A DNA stretch of 64,000 nt, taken from Octopus sinensis. Taxonomy: Eukaryota. The notes under the pieces are model-generated. The model was not told the DNA's origin, searched no databases, and worked only from the letters and a program-made list of their open reading frames with translations. Location: assembly GCF_006345805.1 (NCBI RefSeq), contig NC_043021.1, positions 22,568,001 through 22,632,000 on the forward strand, in the 5' to 3' direction. Shown here in pieces: positions 1 to 12,935 of this stretch. The stretch's first letter is position 1; each line of letters begins with the position of its first letter. A program made the translations under genes and the position numbers.

Positions 1-863
1 GCCCTGCATTATATAGGAAAAGTGATGTTGGATTTCGTGGCCTTATGTCTATTCCATACAGGACAAAAACGAGATGGTCATTAATAAGATAAAACTTTGA
101 ACTACGTCATCTTAAGTAATTATCTGTAGTTAAACAAGAACCGTTATCTACCTTGTTGAATGAATTAAACACCTTGAACATATATAACTGTTACCTAGAT
201 AATCATTATTGTTGTTCTGAACCTGATCAAGATGAGGCGACCAAAATGAATCGATTAATGAAAATTCATTCATCAATGCTATGGCCAATGGTTTAAAAAC
301 ACTAGTCGTCCTTACCAAGTGCGCATGGCAGAAATAAACCCCACTTTGAAAGGTTTCGTAAAGGCAAATGTTAGAAAATAAACCGTGATAAACCGTGAAA
401 CATAAAAATTAATAATGGCTGATAGCCATCTAGATGTTTCATTCTGAATACAATAGTCTCAAATTTGGAAATTAATATAGATGTATGTATGTAGGCTTCT
501 TTAGAATATATGTCACAATACTTGTAAGACAATACCTGAACTTAAGACATATGCTAGTTCACAAAAAAAAAACATTATTTCAGAATCAGATTCCGGAGAG
601 TTAGAAGAAACTTGAACCATATCTGTCAACTGTGTTTTAAACCGTGTCACTCTGCAGCTGGTCTTAAAAGTCATTTGAGGTCTTAGCAATGGAATGATTG
701 TGCTTTGTGATGGGGATGCGGTGCGTGTGTTGATGGGAACGGCATTCGTCTGTCACGATAAGTAATCATCATATGTTTGTGTGTGTATGTAAGTATATTT
801 GTGTGTATGTGTGCAAGTGTGTTTGTGCGTGCATCTGTGCGTGTATGTGTATTTATGTGTAAG

Positions 864-898
<35 letters not shown>

Positions 899-964
899 TA
901 TATATTATATATATTATATATATATGTGTGTGTGTGTGTGTATTTGTGTGACTGTGGGTGTGGA

Positions 965-1263
965 CTTGCACTCAGTCGATTACGATGACGTGTGTTCCAG
1001 TTGATCCGACCAACGGATCAGATTGCTCGTGAAGCTAAGATGCATGGTGTTGCGCACTTCACGAACAAGTATACCATGAACCTGTTCCTGATGGAAATTC
1101 CTCATGGTGCAGAATATGAAAAGACTGACTCAGTTTTTAGAGCTAAGTCAACTGGAAGACACAGAATGAAGAGTGTTGCTCCAGGGCACAACGCACAGTG
1201 AAAATTCGGAAGCACAGCGTTATGTTCGTGGATCAATTACCCTAACCAGTAAGCCACGCGCAT
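965..1263 (-). mobile_element. tRNA-derived SINE, family E, diverged
   Basis: Minus strand starts ATGCGCGTGGCTTACTGGTTAGGG (Pol III A-box-like head). It continues through GTTGTGCCCTGGAGCAACACTC and ends in a LINE-like tail (AGCAATCTGATCCGTTGGTCGGATCAACTGGAAC). The ORFs at 992 and 1173 are incidental. Confidence 0.6.
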
Positions 1264-2008
1264 TGAGAAGAGTGCAAGAACACACACACAAACAAGCACG
1301 CATGCAAACACACACAATCACAGATAGACAAACACACAGATGCAAGCGCAAACACACATAGGCGCGCTCACACACACACACACTCACACACGGTTTAACT
1401 TGCCTCAAATCGTACACTTTTGAAAATCCCTCGAAGGTGTAACTAGAGAAATAAGTATAATTATTATTAATTGTTTTATTTTTATCATTGCAGTAACTAT
1501 GCATAGACACTCGAGCAGCATGTGTATTCCTTGACGATACATCAAGTGCTGAGATTTTTATTTTTAAATTCAAATCCCAGTTCTGCATTCTAACACGTAA
1601 CCAGGGGGAATTTTCTTTAAGCTTAACGGAAGCGAATATAAATTCAACGAAACAAGGATTATACTGTAATCCTTCTATTGTAATCCAAAGTTTAATATTT
1701 TCATTTACAAACCTTACAAGTTGCATCACTGAAACATTTGGAAATATACTTTTTCTACACCTTTGCATATACGGATAATACAACTACATTTACACACACA
1801 CATATATATATCATACAATATGAGTATTTCGCGCCCGTACATGAGTAGCACTTACGTGCCTTCGTACTTCCCTGTCAGTATATTTCTTCTTTCTGATTAT
1901 GTGTACGTATATCTAACAAACACACCACATATGCACACGCAAATACATAGATACATACATATATATATATATATTGACATACACACATAACATTTTACCT
2001 AAGGGTAT

Positions 2009-2040
<32 letters not shown>

Positions 2041-2043
<3 letters not shown>

Positions 2044-2243
2044 CTCTTTACTCTTTTTATTATTTTACTTGTTTCAGTCATTTGACCGTGGCCGTGCTGG
2101 AGCATCGACTTTAGTCGAGCAAATCGACCCTAGAACTTATTCTACCGGTCTCTTTGCCGTACCGCAAAGTTATGGGGACGTAAACTCACCAACGTTGGTT
2201 GTCAAGCGATGTTAGGGGGATGGACAAACACAGAGACACAATG

Positions 2244-2275
<32 letters not shown>

Positions 2276-2437
2276 GTATATATATATATATATATATACA
2301 CGCATATACATACACATGCCGGGCTTCTTTCAGTTTCCGTCTACCAAATCCAATCGCAAGATACCACGCAGTGGCACTGAACCCGGAACCATGTGGTTGG
2401 TAAGCAAGCTACTTACAACACAGCCACTCCTGCGCCT
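2041..2437 (-). mobile_element. tRNA-derived SINE, family A (octopus OK-like, tentative), with internal deletion
   Basis: Reverse complement of the head ATAGGCGCAGGAGTGGCTGTG..GGTTCCGGGTTCAG, an internal (TA)/(CA) tract, and the tail GACTGAAACAAGTAAAA(GAG)n. It matches the copies at 13277, 23342, 29652 and 41714. Confidence 0.9.
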
Positions 2438-2941
2438 ATATATATATATATATCATATTCTATTCTCACTGGGAAGCACGGATAATAGATATCGAAATCT
2501 AGATATAAATAATAAATATAGGAAAGGACAAGTGCTGGGCAAATATCTGTTGAAGAAAGAGACCAAGTCAATATCAGGGAGAAAGAGAAATAAAACATGA
2601 AGAATGTGCGAGAAAAGTGACATTAAAGAAAATATTTGGCAACGTATTATCAGTTATGAGAAAGCAAGTAAGAAATGATTGATATAGTGTCTGTAATCTA
2701 GTATATAATACGGTTTATTCTGCCTCCGCAACTTTAGAAAAAAAAATAGTCTCAACGTTTTAGATATTAAGGGGAAAAATCCTTATCTTTATTGTACACT
2801 CGTGTTGTGGCCAGTCATCCAGATGATGTTAGAAGACGATCGATACTTTGATACACATGTAAAATTGTGTGTACGTAGGTATGTTTTTATGATATCGTAT
2901 ATATTGAATGTATATATTTTTACATACGTGTAGACAGTGTA

Positions 2942-2980
<39 letters not shown>

Positions 2981-3154
2981 CCTATATGTCTTTAAGTTAA
3001 CACCGATTGGAACTTTGGCCACGGAAAGTGTTAAGTCAAATATACATCGAAAGTTTTGACAGTTTATTTCACTGTCCATTTTTGTTATAAACATAACGTC
3101 CAAACATTTGCACATTCACATAAATGTAGATAACCGCTTGTATGTATGTATGTA

Positions 3155-3197
<43 letters not shown>

Positions 3198-3313
3198 ATA
3201 TATATATATATATTAATATATATATATATATATATATAAATGCATTTATATATATATAAATGCATTTATATATGTATGTATATGAAAATAAGCAACAAGT
3301 ATATCCAATGTAG

Positions 3314-3401
3314 TGTAGTACAATCGTTTCATGCTACTTCATTTTATTAATCAATGTAACTATTACATCAGTTTTAAAATGAAGAGCAATCTTCAGCCAC
3401 A
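3314..3401 (-). ncRNA. Type I hammerhead ribozyme with extended stem II (PLE-type)
   Basis: Minus strand reads UGUGG-CUGAAGA-[59-nt stem II: UGCU/AGCA and CUUCAUUUUA/UAAAAUGAAG]-GAAA-CGAUUG-UA|CUACA. Core nucleotides are intact, the cleavage triplet is GUA, and stem I is UGUGG/CUACA. Confidence 0.75.
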
Positions 3402-3581
3402 TATGGAATTTTAAAAATTAAATAGACAATGTACATTCTTATACTTATTTCATTTGCCAGCATTAAAATATACATTCCCTATTTAATTTTTAAAAATCTA
3501 TATGTGGCTGAAGATTGCTCTTCATTTTAAAACTGATGTAATATTTACATTTTTTTAATACAATGAAGTAGCATGAAACGA
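3324..3581. repeat. Fold-back inverted repeat, arms about 100 bp (3324-3425 and 3478-3581); right arm is a 3'-truncated HHR copy
   Basis: CGTTTCATGCTACTTCATT...CTTCAGCCACATA is the reverse complement of TATGTGGCTGAAG...AATGAAGTAGCATGAAACG. The plus-strand copy stops after GAAACGA. Confidence 0.9.
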
Positions 3582-3673
3582 GAGCCCATTTGATTTATAT
3601 GGATAGTACCATACCAAATTCTGGTGTCTTTAACTTAAGTACTATATTGATCAGAATCTAAATTTTGCTAAAG

Positions 3674-3705
<32 letters not shown>

Positions 3706-3813
3706 TTTATTTGAGTGTTGAAAAGTTTGCCAATGATTTCATGTGATGGTATCTTCAGAATTATCATTCAATCGTGCCAGATTGAAATGTTCGTACTCGC
3801 CTTCCTTTTTTAA

Positions 3814-3921
3814 ATGGCCACAATGCACGATAATAGCCTCAGCCTGCCTCTCAATCCACACGCACGTCTCCAAAATATATACAAAGGCCGACTTGTGTAT
3901 ATTTTACGACGAGCATTTCAG
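3814..3921 (+). CDS. Weak candidate first coding exon (MATMHDNSLSLPLNPHARLQNIYKGRLVYILRRAFQ)
   Basis: ATG at 3814 and 3823, 36 open codons, then CAG|GTACGA donor. No homology recognised. Confidence 0.15.
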
Positions 3922-4521
3922 GTACGACCAATTATATTAATACCCGTGGAATATACGTGCACGCTGGTTGTTTATACAAGACGTACTTAAATAAGGAGGA
4001 TCAAATTTCTTCTTCATATTAATTAAATTCAAGAGAGAAAACTTTCAGAGAGGATTTCCATTCAAATATTCACTAGGCCTAACGTCTTTCACACTTTTAT
4101 TATGAAATATCTGTACAAATATGGCAGTGATGTAGAATCCAGTTGTTCAAGTTTCCATCGAGCCCGGGAACATTTGACTGCGAAGGGAAACTTATGATAC
4201 TAATCTATTTATCTGTCTCACCTTACCTGGTTTTATCTGCCACGGTACTAATTTGCAAATATTTACGCATTCTTTAGGCGTGTACTCCTTGACGGCTACG
4301 TCAAAGTGATTGACTTAGAGATGGTTTATGTTTCTAGTATTTGATCCCTTGGTTCCATTTGCTGATACTGGTAAGAATTAAGAAATGTAGGTACTGCCAA
4401 TGCCTTTTATACATCCTAAACCCTTTGAATGAAGAGAGGAATTATATTCAGATCGAGTATATGCGTGTAACACACGGGGATTTGCTAAAAGTAGCTGTGT
4501 TCCAGCCGACGGGGTCACAAT

Positions 4522-4925
4522 TATGGCTCAGAAACCTGGACGTTATCAAAGAATCTTGAGAGGCGGTTAGATGGAACTTACACTCACCTCCTTATGAGAG
4601 TTCAAAATCTCTCGTGGAAGCGTCATCCAACCAAAGTACAAATATATGGGAAATTACCACCTGTTTCATCTCTTGTGAAAGGTAGAATAGTGAAAGGTAG
4701 AGCACATTGTTGTAGAGCTGAAAACGAGGTAATTTCCACTCTTCTCCTCTGGAAGCCATTTGCTCGCGATACCAGAAGGCGCACACTCTCCTACCCTGAT
4801 GTAATCTCCAGGGATACATGCATCCAGCAACAGGACCCCTGTAATGCTATGATGGACCGTGAAGTCTGGCGTAACATAGTAAATTCCATTGTCTCGACCA
4901 CGGTCGAACAATGATGGTGATTATT
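4522..4925 (+). mobile_element. 5'-truncated LINE of the RTE superfamily (RTE-X-like), C-terminus of the RT ORF
   Basis: Open frame 4522-4914 reads YGSETWTLSKNLERRLDGTYTHLLMRVQNLSWKRHPT...HCCRAENEVISTLLLWKP...DREVWR, typical of RTE/RTE-X C-termini. A short (TGA)n-like tail follows. Confidence 0.85.
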
Positions 4926-5586
4926 GATAAATTAAGACAAGAATGGGAGAAGAAGAGGAAAATGTATGTCTGGATTCCACGCAGTTTCATCTATCAAATA
5001 ACATCAATAACATCAAGATAATTCTTCAAGTTAATAGACAAAGATGTGATGTCAATTTCTTATGGCGCCTCATATAGAACTGAAATTGAACCGGAAAACA
5101 ATAAGTTAGCGGATTAAATTTACTAACCACTCAACTTTATCCGCAACGATACTTTTACACCAGTCTAAAGAAGGAAACGCAAAACGATGATTTACTCGTT
5201 TCTAGATTTTCTCAAGATCTAATTTGTTAGATTAAATCTAATTAGAAATAATTTATTGAATTGAATCATTGGTAAATTGTTACCCAAAAGAATTTCTGAA
5301 ATGAAAACCTAACGAAAAATTACATTCAAATTATTTTAGTAGCCTGATAATGTGTCATATCTCAAGCAACACATTCTCGGAAATCGTAGCCCATGCCTCG
5401 CCTAAATTAATCCTTGTACTGCTAGAAATAGCAGCCAGATATTTCTTGTTTCACAGCATATCCATCTCCTGTATAAGGAAAAGGCCGACGACTCTATATG
5501 ATTTTACATACACATAAAAAAGAGCGAATAATCCCGGCGGGAATGATGCTTTGTTTTGTTTTTTTAATATTTTTATGTGTGTATCG

Positions 5587-5735
5587 TAACTTAGCGGTTC
5601 GGCAAAAGAGACCGATAGAATAAGTACTGGGCTTATAAAAAGAATAAGTCCCGGGGTCGATTTGCTCGACTAAAAGGCGGTGCTCCAGCATGGCCGCAGT
5701 CAAATGACTGAAACAAGTAAAAGATTAAAAGAGTA
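5587..5735 (+). mobile_element. SINE family A, 3' fragment
   Basis: ACTTAGCGGTTCGGCAAAAGAGACCGATAGAATAAGTAC...GACTGAAACAAGTAAAAG matches the 3' half of the full copies. Confidence 0.9.
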
Positions 5736-5974
5736 TGCTAATCAGTGCTGCGTTAGCAACGCAAACACAGAAAAAGCATTCCGTTAGGAGAAACGACAGG
5801 ATACTGCAAGTAATGCTGTTGTGAATGCGAAAAAAATAAATGACAACACACACACGTCTGGTTTTAAACTCATTAGGAATTATCTCGAGATAAATAACAA
5901 CAGCCGCTGCTTCTACTACGGAATAAAGTATAGGACTGTGTTTTTGTTTTATATATATATTTTGATATTAGCAT

Positions 5975-6361
5975 CGTAATCCGCCCTATTGATAGCGAAT
6001 TGCGTAAACTGACTACCCAATCGATACAAGAACTCGCCAAGCCATTATCCCTCCCTTAGTTGGGGAGAAGTGTGTTTGAAGAAGGAGTTTAATTGTCGCG
6101 AATATTGTGCCTCCTGTAAGCAATAAATAGCCAGAAGTGGCCCTTATTTCTTTGCTATGAGTACGTTCTGGCTTATTCGGGCATTTTAGCAATTGTCCAT
6201 TAAATCTCTTGATTCCCTTATTGTAATCATTTCCCCAAGTGAGTTATCTCGTGTTTGCTTTTTTTTGTTGTTTCCTTCTTTCTTTCTTTCTTTTCTTTAT
6301 TATGTTCAGTTCTGTTGTTACGGCCTATTTCTTTGTATATTGAGAATATTGTGCCCACCTC

Positions 6362-6413
<52 letters not shown>

Positions 6414-6646
6414 ACACACATGCGCGCGCACACACACACATACAACCACAGATGTATATTGCGAGAGTGTGAGGAAGTGTTATGTATGCGTGCGCTTCCT
6501 TTTGAGTATTCAATGTGGACATAATTGGATAGTTCGGTTTTATCACGCTTCAAGACTGTCTCTAATGGAGTGTCTTTGATTCTGTTCATGTAAGTGTTTA
6601 ACAGCTAATCATAGACACTCTATAGGCCGTCTCCAACTGGGTAAGC
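5975..6646 (+). promoter_or_regulatory. Candidate promoter and non-coding first exon
   Basis: TCCGCCC near 5980, ATTGCGTAA at 5999 (C/EBP-like), CCAAT at about 6018, and a (CT)n tract at 6361-6408. Two donor-like sites follow: GTAAGT at 6590 and GTAAGC at 6641. Confidence 0.25.
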
Positions 6647-7536
6647 TCTTTGTTTCCACTTTGTCTCGCTGCGTACATCTGATCTCAGCTTGTGTATCTG
6701 CTTGTGCGTATCTGCTGATGTTTGTGTGTGTGCCTGTGTGTTTATGTAGGAGCGTTAGTATGATACAAATCTAACTTCGCTGGCTGCTTTCCGCTTTTCC
6801 TATCTAATTACTGCATCTCGTGTAATTTCCAATTTATTATAATAAATATACTTGTCATTAAGTCGGCGAATTAGTAAAAGAATTAAACAGAAATACACTG
6901 CAGCAGCTATTCCAAATCTTGACGTTCTGAGTTCGTATTACGCTAGGTCATATTTCCGGTTTTTTTTACCGATTTACGTCTTTAGGTATAAACTAAAATT
7001 TTTAAATGAGAACTCAGGGGTAAACTAACAAACTAAAATGCAGGATGACATACCTTGTTCTCTCCAACCTTCTTTTCTGAGATCAAATCCCACATGCTCC
7101 ACCAACAACTATACTAATTTTTGGAACCCCACTAAATCCCAAATGCAAAATCATACACACACACACATCCCCACTCTCTCTCTTTATATACATATATGTA
7201 TATATATATATATACTGTTGTTAAATGGCATAATAGCTGCATACCATTGGTCATCAGGTGTGGTTGTGGAATGCGCCTAAGTAGAGATTGGTTTTTAGGA
7301 ATATCTAGAACAAACGGATGGATAGGAACAGTAGTATTGGGGCACATCATCGCATTCATACCACTCACTGATAAACAAATACGTGACGGAGAATCAATCG
7401 TTACACGTCGATAGCTTTCTTCTGTATATGTATATGAATAATCAAATGCTTACGCACGTGTGTATGTGCGTGTGCACTTTTCAGTGTATGTGACAATTCA
7501 AGTATACATTGTAAATAATTATGTTTTAAAACCCTC

Positions 7537-7821
7537 TTTCATGGGCCCGATATGATGATAGTCTAAAGACGCTAATTTTTTCCAGTGACGAGGAAGTGAA
7601 AACTATAGTGAAGAAGTGGCTCAAAGAACGGTCAACAGAATTTTAAGGGGAAGAGTTACATGCACCCATTCGAAGGTGAAACATTGCTACGGTGACTAGG
7701 CTGAGGAGTAGGAATGTGATCCGCAGAGGACCAGCTACATTTTGATGTATAATACATGTTCCTGTGTTGGTAATTATGCCTGTCCTAAACAAAATGGCAT
7801 TTCTTTTTGACTCACCCTCGT
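7537..7821 (+). mobile_element. Mariner transposon relic (transposase C-terminus and 3' TIR)
   Basis: Translation FSSDEEVKTIVKKWLKERSTEF*GEELHAPIRR*NIA resembles the mariner C-terminus. It ends in CTTTTTGACTCACCCTCGT, the reverse complement of a (T)ACGAGGGTGAGTCAAAAAG mariner-type TIR. Confidence 0.8.
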
Positions 7822-7822
7822 G

Positions 7823-7860
<38 letters not shown>

Positions 7861-9796
7861 ATGATATGATGTTTTATGATTGTGTCATTACTTGGCCCCA
7901 ATTTAATCTCAGTCTGAATGGTCAAGTTTCAATAGTGCTGGTTCGCCAAAATAACTTCAGTTGTATTTCAAAATGCCATTCCTATGTAAGTGAGAAGCAG
8001 GTTAGGTGAATGCGACTACTTTGTCTGTTGAGGAAAATACATGATATATATCTTTATTGGCTTCGAATATAGAAAATTAGTTTCTCATTGCAGTATTGTC
8101 ATATTAACAAATCACGAATTATAGGTTGGAAGAAGCAACGCAGTAAATGATATATTGAAGTTTGTCTTCATCACTGTTCATTTTCAGTTGCCGTTTTGGC
8201 TTTAATTGTATCAAACACCCATCACAAGTAATACAAATCTTGTCCTTGTCTCAGCTAACAAATGTTATTGCCGTGTGTCGTCGACAAAGATCTCAGCTCT
8301 CTCATGTAAATTGTACTTTATATTCAGTAATAAACTCATCTGAATTTTACAATTCCAGACCTAACCGAAAAAGAAAAAATACTAGAAAATTGACTTCATT
8401 CATACCGACGAGTACAATACAGACTCCAATCCAAAAGAATCAGCTGAATAATTTTTCAGTGATAAAGCAAAACTAATTAAAGGAATTTTTAATCTTGGAG
8501 TTTGAAAAAAATCTCAGCAGATTTTCAATAGTCAGATAAAAAATATATTAACAATGGCAAAATTAATATACTGTGGAATGTCAAGGACATTTTGTACTGT
8601 CACTAATTCATTGAATTAAAATCGAAGAGATGCTGAACCTATAGAGAAAGAAATATTAATATGGAGTTCGTGCTGTAGAAATTCTAAGGAAGTGTCAAAG
8701 AATCTCTTTAAATATGAGTTGAAAATGTTTCGTTCCTTTCAGAAAATCCATACATTGAGTGAAATGCACGGTTCATTGAGATATAACATGAATTTCGTTT
8801 ACCGGAATTAAAGTTCCGGATTTGTAAACGTTTTCAATCATATTTTCAAGAAATTCTTAACAGAAAATTGACAGAATTTTCGAAAAGGGTTCGACTTGAA
8901 AAATAATTTATGATTACAAAATAATAAAAAAAAAAGAAAAAATGTTTTCTGTGAAAGATTTCTCTGGGAATGTCTCTCAATGTCAAAAAATATGTAGGGA
9001 ACTGAGATTAACCTAGTGTAGAATAAGAAAATTCCATTCCTTTACAAAGAACTTTCTTTTTCCTCTCTTCCAATAAATATATATATATATACAAAAATAC
9101 ATATATATACGTACACGCAAAAATACTTATAAACGCACACACATATATTATATACTTATATATATATATATTTATTTATTTAAGTGATGGGTATATTCCT
9201 AGTTGTAAGCGGATGAAGCACGTTCACTGCCTATGGATCCCTGACGTGAGCCACGTTATTTATACAATTGTTGCTGGATCTGCTTCGAAATGTCCTCTGT
9301 GTATGTTATGTGCATGACAAATGGAAGAAACGGAAAACGGAATATTGTAAAAAGAAAAATTATTGCCCAAACCGGTCTTTGTAATATCGATAGATGGCTC
9401 GTCTGGAAAAGATCCTTGAACTCCGCAACATGTCAACATTCAAGAACTGAACTATTTGTTTCATGTCTATACGTAACAAAATAACTGTTACGGTTTTGAG
9501 CACCCTCAACTTAAGGCTGCATGCGACATTTTTATTATATTCCTGCACAAGTTCCCCATATGTCTTAACTTCTTTTATTTTTATATATTTTTCTTTTTTC
9601 TCCTTTCTGTGTGGATGTCTATGTGTGTGAATATATGCATATGTATATTGTGTGCGTGTGTATATGTGTATATGTATGTATATGAGTGCAATATTTTGCC
9701 CGGTGCATAAGTGCGGCTTTCATGCACCAGTACCTTTTATTTACGGATATGCATGTTTGTATATGTGCGGATGTAGGTGCGTGATAGGAGGATGCG

Positions 9797-9829
<33 letters not shown>

Positions 9830-9870
9830 TATATATATATGCTAGAGTCTGAATGTAGGCTTGTATGTGT

Positions 9871-9908
<38 letters not shown>

Positions 9909-10611
9909 GTGTGTGTGACTGTGTTTGCGCACAAGGCTCTTTCAAATTAGAGCCAGGGTGTTCCATAAACAATTATCTTCTAATATACTGATGAAATATG
10001 TGTTATATTAAAGCTACAGCATAGGTGATGACATATCCTTGGAACTATCCTTTGTTGTCGTAATGAAGATTATATTGGCTAGAATATTTGTCTACAAAAT
10101 CCATTTACGATGTTATAGTCGATATAATCTCCCCAGAAAATAGCACGTGTAATTCAGTTAATCTTTTTTTAATGATCCATTATCAGGACCGATCTCAGTC
10201 TCCGTAGCAACGATAGCAATAGCAAAGGAATTTCCATGTAATATCTAGTTTATTGAAATTTAAATTTCCACGTTTTTACACATCAAATAATTTTATAAAA
10301 CCGACAACAGATTGTAGTTTTCACGGACTTTGAAGTAGAAAACATGCACTTAATGACCTGTTGTATGCTTCAAACGAAGAGATTTGCATCAATTCTTTTT
10401 CTGATGTCACTTTGTGAATGTTAACATATTTAGACTTCTTTTTGATTTAATTTAATTTTTTCACTCTCCTTCAATTTATATTGATTTCTGTCAAATTTTT
10501 CTTTCCTTCTTGATATATTGTCCTATATTTAATGTTAATTATTTATTATGTCGGTACATTTATCTCCGTTTGAGAACTATTTCATATAACGCTATATAGT
10601 AGAGGCTTAGG

Positions 10612-10770
10612 AATGTCTGTGCGGTAAGAAGTTTTCTTCTCAGCCGCAACGTTTCCAGGTTCAGTTTCACATTGTGGAAGCTCTGGACTGAATAAATCTC
10701 CGGACAACTTGAAGCCTTGTAAGTCGATTTGCTGGTGGAAAAAAATAAAAAGAAGCACATCATCTTCGTC

Positions 10771-10806
<36 letters not shown>

Positions 10807-10950
10807 AGGGAGTTGCATTTGATTCACGATAACGGTGCTAGTTTATTTCGGCCCCCACGACAAAGTGGTAATGTAAGAAGAATTAAAATGTATTGGGGTA
10901 GATTTGCTCGAGCATGACTGCAGTGCAATGACTGAAACCAAGAAAAGTTC
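10612..10950 (+). mobile_element. Old, degraded family A-like SINE
   Basis: Collinear but diverged head, internal (GT)n tract and GACTGAAAC tail. Confidence 0.55.
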
Positions 10951-10998
10951 AAAGCAATTACACTTAGTGTTATACTTTTTACACATATATTGATATCC

Positions 10999-11210
10999 AA
11001 GGCGGCGAGCTGGCAGAGACGTTAGCACGCCGGGCAAAATGCGCAGCAGTATTTCGTCTGCCGTTACGTTCTGAGTTCAAATTCCACCGAGGTCGACTTT
11101 GCCTTTCAACCTTTCAGGGTCGATAAATTAAGTACCAGTTACGCACTGGGGTCGATATAATCGACTTAATCCGTTTGTCTGTTCTTGTTTGCCCACTCTA
11201 TGTTTAGCCA
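10999..11210 (+). mobile_element. SINE family B (MetaSINE-like central domain, tentative)
   Basis: Head AAGGCGGCGAGCTGGCAG..GTTAGCACGCCGGG and central GTCGACTTTGCCTTTCA.CCTTTC.GGGTCGATAAATTAAGTACCAG. Confidence 0.85.
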
Positions 11211-12186
11211 AACGCGTTTTTCTGGATAAAATCTGATTGATAAATTATATATGATTAAATTGTAAGTTAGAGAATAGAGAAGCTTGAAGGAAGAAAAACT
11301 CAAATCATATTTCAAAAACTAAAAACAATAAATCAGCCATCCATGACCAATAACGTCTACATACAACAAATAGCTGCTGTTTAGAGAAATGGATCGCTTT
11401 CTTCTCAGATACATTTACTTGTCCATTCCTTAGTTATCCTAATATAACACGCCCTCAAAGTAATTTATAATTCCGTTTTTATCTCGTTTTTCTTCTCTTT
11501 TGTATTAGTTGCATTGTCTTTATCATCGTTGTCTTTATTGTTAAACTTTATTTTGAATAACGGTAACTTCGTATAGGCATTAGAATGAACTACACCCCAG
11601 TTTGTTATTCATTCTCAGGAATTGAACACCTGCCGCAAATCGATATTTCACAAGACGAACATGATAAATCATATTCTTTTTCACTAAACTTAGTATTGCA
11701 AATGTGAAATTGTGAAAAGAAAACTATGGCTTGTAGCTATAGAAAAACACCAGTCAACAGTTAGGATGGTGTAAGAGAACAAAATGTTACGTTTACGATA
11801 ATTTTCGTACAATTCTAATTAGAATGCAATAATTATAGGTAATTAGTTTCGGTAACTTAATTGGTATCCGTAAGAAAGGCGTTTATTTTCACTACATGAA
11901 TTTATATATTTGAAAGATAACGATTTTTAACGTAGAAATACTCGAATTACGTAAAGCTCAAGAGCACATAGACGAGATGTGCGTATATAGATATAATGGT
12001 AAATTGGAGTGTAGTACAATCAGGAAGATTACTTGGGGAAAATGGTTCCGGCTCTTCGCAAATGGAGTTCAAAGTACACAGATGAAAAAAGTACCAGTTA
12101 TGGACTGCGGTCGATATAATAGACTAGCACTCTGCACCAAACATCTTCCAGGCTTTGTGCCTAGAGTAGAAATAATTGTTATTAAA

Positions 12187-12935
12187 GCCGGGTGGATGCT
12201 GAATCGTTAGCACGCCGGTCGAAATCCTTAGCGGTATTTCATCTGCTGCTACGTTCTGAGGTCAAAATCTGCCGAGGTCCACTTTGCCTTTCATCCTTTC
12301 GGGGTCGATTAAATAAGTACCAGTTACGCATTGGGGTCGATGTAATCGACTTAATACCTATGTTCTGTCTTTCTTTGTCCCCTCTGTGTTTAGCCCCTTG
12401 TGGGTAATAAAGAAATAGGTATTTCATCTGCCGCTACGTTCTGAGGTCAAAATCCGCCGACGTCGACTTTGCCTTTCATCCTTTCGGGGTCGATTAAATA
12501 AATTCCAGTTATGCACTGGGGTCGATGTAATCGACTTAATCCGTCCGTCTGTCCTTGTTTGTCCCCTCTTTGTTCATCCCCTTGTGGGTAGTAAAGAAAT
12601 AGAAATAGGTCTTTCGTCTGCCGCTACGTTCTGAGTTCAAATTCCGCCGAGGTCGACTTTGCCTTTCATCCAGTTACGCACTGGGGTCGATATAATCGAC
12701 TTAATCTGTTTTTCTATCCTTGTTTGTCCTCTCTGTGTTTAGCCCCTTGACGGTAGTAAAGAAATAGGTATTTTGTATGTCGCTACGTTCTGTGTTCAAA
12801 TTCCGCCGGGGTTGACTTCGTCTTTCTTCCTTTCAAGATCGATTAAATAATACTAGTTACACACTGGTGTTGATGTAATCGATTTAACCCCTTCCCACAA
12901 ATTTTAGGCCTTGTTCTTTCAACAGAAAAGATTAT
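12187..12935 (+). mobile_element. Family B SINE tandem array: one head plus four bodies
   Basis: Units start with GGTATTTC/GGTCTTTC at 12233, 12418, 12608 and 12767 (185, 190, 159 and about 165 bp). Confidence 0.9.

Noticed and set aside
1220-1783. 187-aa minus-strand ORF, the longest ORF that is mostly non-repetitive
   Set aside because: No recognisable domain, the last third is microsatellite and SINE, and there are no convincing splice boundaries.
3737-3758. Minus-strand CTGAAGA..GAAA match
   Set aside because: The intervening 11 nt cannot form stem II and there is no valid UH or stem I.
12233-12935. Regularly spaced repeats as a possible CRISPR array
   Set aside because: Units are whole SINE bodies of 160-190 bp with no unique spacers; the DNA is eukaryotic and has no cas genes.
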